IMG/VR virus record: IMGVR_UViG_3300014204_000002
Coordinates: 1-64,000 of that record
Direction: 5' to 3' (one strand)
Source: a virus
Lineage: Duplodnaviria > Caudoviricetes
DNA: 64,000 nt
Every line of letters starts with the position of its first letter. The stretch's first letter is position 1. The position numbers and the translations under genes are program-made. The notes under the pieces were generated by a model. The model did not search any database, was not told the DNA's origin, and was given only the letters and a program-made list of their open reading frames with translations. Below, in pieces: positions 57,294 through 64,000 of the stretch.

Positions 57294-57365
57294 TTTATAT
57301 AGTAATAAACACAACTAAATGTACCACCCAATGAAAGAGAAAGTTTTTCTTTCTTTTTTGTTATG
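57294..57365 (+). repeat. dispersed promoter+hairpin unit, copy E (putative small RNA gene)
   Basis: TTTATATA...ACACAACTAA-ATGTACC...AATGAAAGAGAAAG-TTTTT-CTTTCTTTTTTGTTATG. Confidence 0.7.
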
Positions 57366-57371
57366 CTGGAC

Positions 57372-60167
57372 TTAAACCTTTTCTAGCGTCAAATCTTCAG
57401 TTATGGTCACTTTGTCTTCGAGTGTTTTGGCGTCCATTATAACGAAGGCTGTGTCATCACTATAGCCCGCAACTTTGAGTAAACGGTGGCCGAGGTCATT
57501 TATGGCGTTCGTGATAAGGTGGCCCCATTCATCGAGGTTGGCCCATGTGCTTCTGTTGGAGGCTTCATCGACACCGAGGCCGTCTGGCACCTGCTTTTGG
57601 ATGGCGGTTACGAGGTCGGTAAAGAGGCGTGCATTGTAACGTGATTCTACTATGCTGATTAGATCGGTCAATAACTTGGATTTAATTGGGGCGCCGATTT
57701 CTGTGACGAATATTTTGTCGTGGAAATAGCGGGCGTTTAGGTGGACTTTTATGCAATCCGTGTATGTTTTTGTGCTCGTTCCGTAGGCGTTGCTTGTGGT
57801 GAGGCTGACTGTGTAAGTGCCAAAACTTGGAAAGGCATGGAGCGGGTTTTCGGCTGTTGATGTCGTGCTGTCGCCAAAGTTCCATAAGTAGGTCGCGCCG
57901 TTCGATGATAGGTTTGTTAACTGGACATTTACTGGCACCGTGCCTGTCAGGACATTCAAGTAAGCGGGCTTGAAATTTGCAATTGGAGCGGCGCCTACTG
58001 TGATCGTGATAGAATCTGTTGCTGTGACGCCATAATTGTTTGTAACTGTGCAAGATACTGATTTCGCGCTAGCCGTGTAAAATAGCGCCGTTGGATTATA
58101 TGTTGTGTACGTTGTGCCGTCAATCGCCCACTCGATACTTGTAATTGTTTCGTGAAGCGATAAAGAGGTTGTTATGATCGGCGAAAACCTAATTCTGGAC
58201 GGAATCGTATAGTCATCGAGTAAGTGCGATGTTATGGAGATTATCGGAATTGGATCGGTGATAAGCGCGGTTCGTGTTGTATAACCGTTGTATTGCTGAT
58301 TAGAGGCATACAATGTAACTGTGTATGATCCGGGAGTCTCGTATATATGGACAGGATTTTGTTCAGTTGAATTTGCGCCATCGTCAAAGTCCCAATACCA
58401 TTCATTTGGCTCTCCATCTGATGCATCGGTAAACGTAAATTTATTGAAGTCGGTAACTGCTTCTACTGCGAGTATATATGCAGAATGTGTATATGTTCCT
58501 GCTACGGTGACATTTTGGCTGGTTGCTGAATTTGTAGTGCCCCAAACACAGTCTCCTTCGGTGGCAGGGTATCCACTTGGTTCAAATGTTGGGGGAAAGT
58601 CTACAATGAATAAATAATCCTTGGTTTCGTCAAAATTGTATGATATGGCATCTGTATAGACTGTTCCACTTACTGAAATACTGCCGCTTGAACTGCCATT
58701 TACGGTAAGCGGGGTTGGTGTTGTTGTGCCATTATATGTGGAGCCATCTCGTTCTACAATTGCCAGATTATTGAAGTATGTTATTATGTCACTGGATCCC
58801 TTTAATTTTAATCTAATGGCATTTCCAGAGGTAGTTATAACAGATGCCGGGATTACGCATCTGAATGTTTTGGCAAGAATCTGACTGTATTGGGCTAATA
58901 TTACACGACTAAATAATGTCGTGTAATTTGTTCCCTGCAAATAAGTAAATGCAGCACTTAACGAATTGTTGCTTACTGTAACGGGCAATGAATATTTCTG
59001 AAGCAATGCACTATTTATATAACCACTTGCGTATGCTTTGTATGTACCAAATGCTTTGTATATATGAGTTGTGGCAAATGATGTCTGCGAAGCACTGTTA
59101 TATGACTCACCGTCGCCGTATATTAGTTCAAAGGTTGTCAGTGTCGCCGGGCATAACACCGAGATCGAAGTTGATAACGGGGGCGTTCCAGTGGATGGAG
59201 ACACTATCAATAGTATTACATTTCCGGTGAAGGTTTCTGCACCCCATGTAGAGTTTACTGGTTCGTTGGCTGCACATGCACGCATTATGACATAATCATA
59301 AAGCATGACATGAGAGTTATACCCGGCTAGCATTCGATAGCTTCTTAAAAATAAATTTGATATTGTTGTGGAATTTGCTATAGATGACAGCCTATCAATA
59401 TATACATTACTTGTATAAGACGCATTATCTGATACAGTATACGATCCATTTGTTTTGCGTATTCTAAAATATCCAAATGTCGATAGGGTTTCTGGAGCAT
59501 TTTTTGTAGAATTTAGATTGTAAGTAGTTCCCACACAAGCGTAACTTTTTCCGCCATTATTATCTGCATTTTCGTCATAATAATGCATGAATGCAATAAC
59601 TGCATTTGCAGAAGTCCTTAATACTAATCCATTATCGGATAATGCTGCAGAGCCTGTCCATCGTAATTTTAATATTATTTCAAAGTTATCTTGTGTTGTA
59701 AACGGAGTATATATTCCGGTTACATCACTAACAGCAAGGGGGAAAGGCACAGTTAATATAGATCCCGATGCTGATGGAGTTACCCCAGATGATGTCCAAA
59801 TCGATGTGTTGTATGTATCAAAATCATCAAAGAAATCAAAGGTGTTTGTTCCGCTTGATTCACTGATGGCTGATGAGTTTCCATAATATGCGGTAACTGA
59901 TTGAGATGCAGCAATGGTTGGGAACTTGACCCAGATAATGGCAGAAACTCCACTTGTGTAACTCTCTATCCAGTATGATAGCGAAGTAGAGTCGTCTGTA
60001 CTGAATCGTATATCTGAAAAATCGGTGTTACAATGCGTATTGCAGTATAAAGTAGATCCAGATGATGTGCCGGTTCCGTAATATACCGTGAATTTGATTT
60101 GGTAATTAGTTAATCCAACAGATGTAATTGTGTGCGTTTGTTTATATAAATAGTTGGAAAAACTCAT
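57372..60167 (-). CDS. DUF2341 plus multiple PKD domain adhesin/structural protein
   Basis: DFSDIRF...LSYWIE...WVK...YYGN...FDFFDDF; PKD motifs WYWDFDDG..STEQNPVH.Y and WNFGD..ST.ENP.H. Confidence 0.88.
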   Translation of the reverse strand: MSFSNYLYKQTHTITSVGLTNYQIKFTVYYGTGTSSGSTLYCNTHCNTDFSDIRFSTDDSTSLSYWIESYTSGVSAIIWVKFPTIAASQSVTAYYGNSSAISESSGTNTFDFFDDFDTYNTSIWTSSGVTPSASGSILTVPFPLAVSDVTGIYTPFTTQDNFEIILKLRWTGSAALSDNGLVLRTSANAVIAFMHYYDENADNNGGKSYACVGTTYNLNSTKNAPETLSTFGYFRIRKTNGSYTVSDNASYTSNVYIDRLSSIANSTTISNLFLRSYRMLAGYNSHVMLYDYVIMRACAANEPVNSTWGAETFTGNVILLIVSPSTGTPPLSTSISVLCPATLTTFELIYGDGESYNSASQTSFATTHIYKAFGTYKAYASGYINSALLQKYSLPVTVSNNSLSAAFTYLQGTNYTTLFSRVILAQYSQILAKTFRCVIPASVITTSGNAIRLKLKGSSDIITYFNNLAIVERDGSTYNGTTTPTPLTVNGSSSGSISVSGTVYTDAISYNFDETKDYLFIVDFPPTFEPSGYPATEGDCVWGTTNSATSQNVTVAGTYTHSAYILAVEAVTDFNKFTFTDASDGEPNEWYWDFDDGANSTEQNPVHIYETPGSYTVTLYASNQQYNGYTTRTALITDPIPIISITSHLLDDYTIPSRIRFSPIITTSLSLHETITSIEWAIDGTTYTTYNPTALFYTASAKSVSCTVTNNYGVTATDSITITVGAAPIANFKPAYLNVLTGTVPVNVQLTNLSSNGATYLWNFGDSTTSTAENPLHAFPSFGTYTVSLTTSNAYGTSTKTYTDCIKVHLNARYFHDKIFVTEIGAPIKSKLLTDLISIVESRYNARLFTDLVTAIQKQVPDGLGVDEASNRSTWANLDEWGHLITNAINDLGHRLLKVAGYSDDTAFVIMDAKTLEDKVTITEDLTLEKV

Positions 60168-60206
60168 ATCGATGTATGAGCATTTACATTATAAAAAGAG
60201 TTTATA

Positions 60207-62594
60207 TTATAGCATGGAGTCTGGTATAAAATTAACTGTTGGTATAAACTGATTTTGCGCCTGACATGAAATTGCCATAATACCGCTCGGAGTCGCAACC
60301 GATGTAAGACTTGTAAGTGTATATGGTAATATAATACCGGTATCCGTAAATGTTAGTCCGTTGACACTGACATATAAGTAACCAATTCCACTTGAATATG
60401 ACATGCCATATATTTTATTATTGTGCGAGATACAAGTTTCTGTAAATATATTGTGTGAAATTGTTCCCATTACGGTTCCGGGATCATCTATTGAGTTAAA
60501 TACTGTTAGGACTTGTGTAGTAGAATAATGCGAGTACACATATAATATTCCATTACACGGGATCATATTTGCACCGGTTCCAGATTGTCCATAAACACTA
60601 ATGGGTCTTATAATGTCATATTGCTTGCTTGGCACGTAATAATGACCTACTGGATTAGTTCCCCACCTGTGCCATATTCCTGTATCATCAGCAACATAAA
60701 ACATGTTTATTATTCCGGTTACTGGAAACGCCGCTTTGTTTATGTAATGTGTATGCGGATCAGTAAATGATGCATTGACATTGTTCCCATTTAAATCATA
60801 GATATCTAAATATGCGCCGGTATATTCGCTGTATACACTGGATATTTGTAACGGGCAAAATCCAGCCACGATATATCCTTCATATACGCACATTGATCCA
60901 TTTGTACTGTTTGGAATGTGGTATCCGGTATCAGTTATTGTGGTCACATTGCTATCTATGAAAAGGTCTTCTCCATATGAGTATGTACTTCCAAAACTCG
61001 AAAATAAATATTGTCCTCCCAAATCCCAGATAGTGCCTCCTCGCTCTATATCTCTATATAAGTAACCAACTTTGATCCAATATCGTATGCCAAGAGAGGT
61101 TATTTCTATGGAGTCTTTATCGTATGTCGTTGATATGATACACGAGAATAATCCAGGTGTATTTTGTGGAACCATTGTGCAAACCATTCCGTTTATTACA
61201 CACCCCTTACATGAGTAAAGTGTATACCATTCAGAAGTTGGTGCAGAAAATGCTATACAATTTGTTCCTACTGAATCGATATATTTTGGATCGTTTAGAT
61301 ATATATCTCCAGTTTTAAGGTATATATGTGTAGGTTTAAACGTAATTGGATGTGGAATAGTGCTTATTGAAGGATATAACAACTTTGGCACAATTTCACT
61401 TATTACTGTTTTTCCAGTCGCAGTAACAGCGGTCTCAAAAATCCAAACCGTTCCATTCCACGTAGCATATTTTCCAGATTGCCCTATCCATAATCCAGTA
61501 GGGTCTTCTCCAACAAGATATCTGTCATTTATAGCAGGCGATGATGGAGGAGTAGACGCTATGCCAAGTGCAGGAAAGTCAAAATCCCAAATAAAATCCG
61601 TGAATGTATCAGGGTCCAGACATTTATTTTTTGGATTTGATTGTATTATCGCTGTGAGAGTTATATCAGTTGCAGAATTGACATACAGTGATGCATTTAT
61701 TGGCAATGTCAATGCAATTGTCCTGCCACATCCAACTATACCAATAAGTTGTGCGGCGCACTTAATAAGATAGTCAAACGCCATGCTTGTATAGTTTACT
61801 GTCAGCCTGGGACTTTCTATGGTTCCATCTATCGTATCAATGAGATGTTGCGTTCCAAGATCGTCAACGTAATAAAGATAATTTATCCATTCAGGATGTG
61901 CAGCGAAATCTCCTGTCCATAAGTCAATCGTGGCACAATTCATCTTGTATTCTATATACGAAGCGGGACCATTTTCGAATACTGCAGTGTTTGTGCCATA
62001 GCCATTATATCCTGAGTTTCGTATAGTGCCACTATACCATATTCCAGAAGGCCATTCTGCTGATACAGAATACATGAGGAGCCGATTGCTAATATCGCAA
62101 TCCTGTCCAAGGCATTCGCATGGAGAACACTCTTTACAACAGCCGATATCAGTAGATCCGGCCCGGTGACGTTCCGCAAACTTAAATGTTATTTCGGTTG
62201 CCGGGGCCTGAAGTATCCCACCTGTGCAAGAGTTTATCAGTGTCCAATCCGGATCCCCTTCTGATCCTTTGTTGAACCAAAGTGAAAATGCGCCCCACAA
62301 ATGTGCCACTTCTCCGTAAGAATCGATAAAAATATAGTTTTTCCCAGATGCGCATTTTCTAACTTCAAACACTGCATATGGAGGAGATGCCTCTGTCTCA
62401 AAATACATCAATGAAATATGCCCATTGCGTCTATATCCGCACTGCTTTACTGGAACCGTATCTCCGTAAATAATGGTGCCGGTATAAAGTGACGGGTCAT
62501 CTGTAGTTGTGCCTATGCATACCGCAAATCTCCGAAGCCAAATTATACACCCAACAAGCAAAGTTCCATATACGCGCTGATTAGTGCCAGTCAT
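60207..62594 (-). CDS. large structural (tail/baseplate) protein
   Basis: 795 aa; PP.SP...DRYLVG..PTG.W.GQ module (DUF2793-like); propeller-like C-terminus. Confidence 0.65.
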   Translation of the reverse strand: MTGTNQRVYGTLLVGCIIWLRRFAVCIGTTTDDPSLYTGTIIYGDTVPVKQCGYRRNGHISLMYFETEASPPYAVFEVRKCASGKNYIFIDSYGEVAHLWGAFSLWFNKGSEGDPDWTLINSCTGGILQAPATEITFKFAERHRAGSTDIGCCKECSPCECLGQDCDISNRLLMYSVSAEWPSGIWYSGTIRNSGYNGYGTNTAVFENGPASYIEYKMNCATIDLWTGDFAAHPEWINYLYYVDDLGTQHLIDTIDGTIESPRLTVNYTSMAFDYLIKCAAQLIGIVGCGRTIALTLPINASLYVNSATDITLTAIIQSNPKNKCLDPDTFTDFIWDFDFPALGIASTPPSSPAINDRYLVGEDPTGLWIGQSGKYATWNGTVWIFETAVTATGKTVISEIVPKLLYPSISTIPHPITFKPTHIYLKTGDIYLNDPKYIDSVGTNCIAFSAPTSEWYTLYSCKGCVINGMVCTMVPQNTPGLFSCIISTTYDKDSIEITSLGIRYWIKVGYLYRDIERGGTIWDLGGQYLFSSFGSTYSYGEDLFIDSNVTTITDTGYHIPNSTNGSMCVYEGYIVAGFCPLQISSVYSEYTGAYLDIYDLNGNNVNASFTDPHTHYINKAAFPVTGIINMFYVADDTGIWHRWGTNPVGHYYVPSKQYDIIRPISVYGQSGTGANMIPCNGILYVYSHYSTTQVLTVFNSIDDPGTVMGTISHNIFTETCISHNNKIYGMSYSSGIGYLYVSVNGLTFTDTGIILPYTLTSLTSVATPSGIMAISCQAQNQFIPTVNFIPDSML

Positions 62595-62620
62595 TGTCTA
62601 TAAAATGGGAGGTAATAGTA

Positions 62621-63787
62621 TTAAGATATATTTATCCATCCTACAGATGAGTTGATATACATTTTTACTTTACTGTCAGAAGTGTCATAATAGTTGTCTC
62701 CGGTAGCAAAGGAGGTCGGATATGTTGCAAATTCTCCAAGATATCTAATGTATGTTCCCGTGTGCGTATGATCAACTGATGCGAAATATGATGCATGATA
62801 CGTATCGAGTGTATCGGCGTCGAGAGAACTACCATGCCCATCGTGATTTACATCGATGAGTTTGCCGCCATCAACGTATATGTAGGTGCCATCACTGGTT
62901 AACGTGACGCTATTTGGCTCTGTTGAAAACCCACCAATGTTTATAGCGTCGAATGTTCCGAACTCTCCATATATGGATTCTACACGAACATTGCTATATG
63001 CGTCAAGTGCAGACTTAATATGAAGTTCCCCATTTACATCGAATAATTTTACTCCGGCGTGAATCTGGAAACTTTCATTCGGTGTACCATCTCCTGTTAT
63101 GAGAGTTGTATAATCGATACCACTATCTTTTACGGTTTTGCCATCAGTTCCATCAAATGCCACTAAATTGTTATTTGTTGCAACAGGAATAGAGTCTATG
63201 TAACCTGTTCCGGGGGTTGCCCATTCTCCGGTGTCACAGGCAAACATCGTTCCTGTTGGGGTTAATGAGACTGGCAATTCGTTTACTTCAAGGAATTGTT
63301 TTGCTTCAAAATACGTGCCGTTAAACTTGATACTGTAGCCGGTTGGAAATGTAGTTAGATCGATATCGCTGCCTGACCACGGCAATGATTGGTATGCTGT
63401 CGATCCATCACCCACTTTGAATCGACCTGTTGGGGCATTGGTAGAGTCGTTTACTTCTATTAGCAGAGCAAATTTAGGATAGACGGTTGTATTTGATTCC
63501 CAATTTGTCGTGGTATCTATGGCTCCCTGTAAGCGATATGTCCATTTATCAAGTGAATCACTGAAATATACGGTTTCGTCATCTACCGGGGATCGTGAAT
63601 TGTCGGTGTCTTTGTTGCCGATGGATCCAGATGTATAAGATAAAACAGACCATTTTTTAACACCATCGCCAGTTTTCGTGTTTCCCGTGTCCACCGATAC
63701 TGCAACTATTCCAAAAGGAATAACAGGATCCGATAAGATCCAGTTTGCTTCGTAATCTGGCATAGTACTATCAAATGGTCTAAACAT
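62621..63787 (-). CDS. tail fibre protein with two Mtd-N-like modules
   Basis: NW..SDPVI..G...DTG..KTGDG..W..L twice; SSLDADTLD.YHAS motif. Confidence 0.8.
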   Translation of the reverse strand: MFRPFDSTMPDYEANWILSDPVIPFGIVAVSVDTGNTKTGDGVKKWSVLSYTSGSIGNKDTDNSRSPVDDETVYFSDSLDKWTYRLQGAIDTTTNWESNTTVYPKFALLIEVNDSTNAPTGRFKVGDGSTAYQSLPWSGSDIDLTTFPTGYSIKFNGTYFEAKQFLEVNELPVSLTPTGTMFACDTGEWATPGTGYIDSIPVATNNNLVAFDGTDGKTVKDSGIDYTTLITGDGTPNESFQIHAGVKLFDVNGELHIKSALDAYSNVRVESIYGEFGTFDAINIGGFSTEPNSVTLTSDGTYIYVDGGKLIDVNHDGHGSSLDADTLDTYHASYFASVDHTHTGTYIRYLGEFATYPTSFATGDNYYDTSDSKVKMYINSSVGWINIS

Positions 63788-64000
63788 GATTAATCCCTCA
63801 TGATAAGGCCGTCATATGCCACGGTTATTGATGTTGCCCCAGTATTTTTAACAGTTATATAATCGGAGATATTGCAATGATAATTGTATGATAGCAGGCT
63901 TGTTGAAGCATTCATTAATTTAATTGGAGTGGTGCCATCTGTTCGATATAATTCACAGGTTGCTCCAAGAGGAATGTATATGTTATGGATTGCCCATTCG

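Noticed and set aside
15003-57365. Dispersed units interpreted as MITEs or CRISPR mini-repeats
   Set aside because: No terminal inverted repeats or target-site duplications, no tandem repeat-spacer layout, and the hairpins depend on strand-specific G·U pairs.
8531-62179. Many short ORF-track entries overlapping long genes (e.g. 8531-8758, 32256-32753, 39833-40294, 57682-58053) and 5' extensions such as 41765, 7299, 9277 and 54920
   Set aside because: Shadow ORFs on the opposite strand or in alternate frames of well-supported genes, without motifs. Starts were moved to better-supported ATGs.
47671-63787. Diversity-generating retroelement suggested by Mtd-like proteins
   Set aside because: Only the Mtd N-terminal anchoring module is present. 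I saw no reverse transcriptase, no TR/VR pair with adenine-specific mismatches and no C-type lectin tip in the window.

Overview
This 64-kb window is a segment of a large tailed archaeal virus genome (Caudoviricetes), most likely infecting a methanogen. Methanomicrobiales is a weak guess from secreted/PKD proteins. Archaeal signs: TATA boxes about 25 nt before mostly leaderless ATGs, a family-B polymerase with a mini-intein and PIP box, PCNA, an MCM-like helicase, an XPF/ERCC4 nuclease, a methanogen-type thymidylate synthase and a ferredoxin:thioredoxin reductase subunit. Layout: (1) 1-8 kb accessory/host-takeover genes (ADP-ribosylglycohydrolase, SLOG, GNAT, truncated DHH) with tRNA-Leu(UAA), tRNA-Gly(UCC), a tRNA-like element and a candidate ~280-nt structured ncRNA; (2) 8-15 kb recombination/replication (SSB-like, Sak4-like ATPase, Cas4-like nuclease, PolB); (3) 15-22 kb antirepressor-like gene, HNH, RNA ligase, a tnpB-only IS605-family element and a secreted glycoprotein; (4) 22.8-27.9 kb AT-rich glycosyltransferase/radical-SAM/methyltransferase island; (5) 28-46 kb nucleotide metabolism and replication (ThyA, PCNA, NrdJ, FTR, Dam, dCMP deaminase, MazG-like, XPF, MCM-like); (6) 46-64 kb minus-strand tail fibre/adhesin module. 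The most unusual signals are non-coding. Five dispersed promoter-plus-G·U-hairpin units look like a family of tiny RNA genes. A covarying structured leader with an embedded antisense promoter precedes two antirepressor-like genes. A multi-stem RNA lies between the tRNA-like element and tRNA-Gly. All product calls come from motif recognition by eye; no database searches were run.
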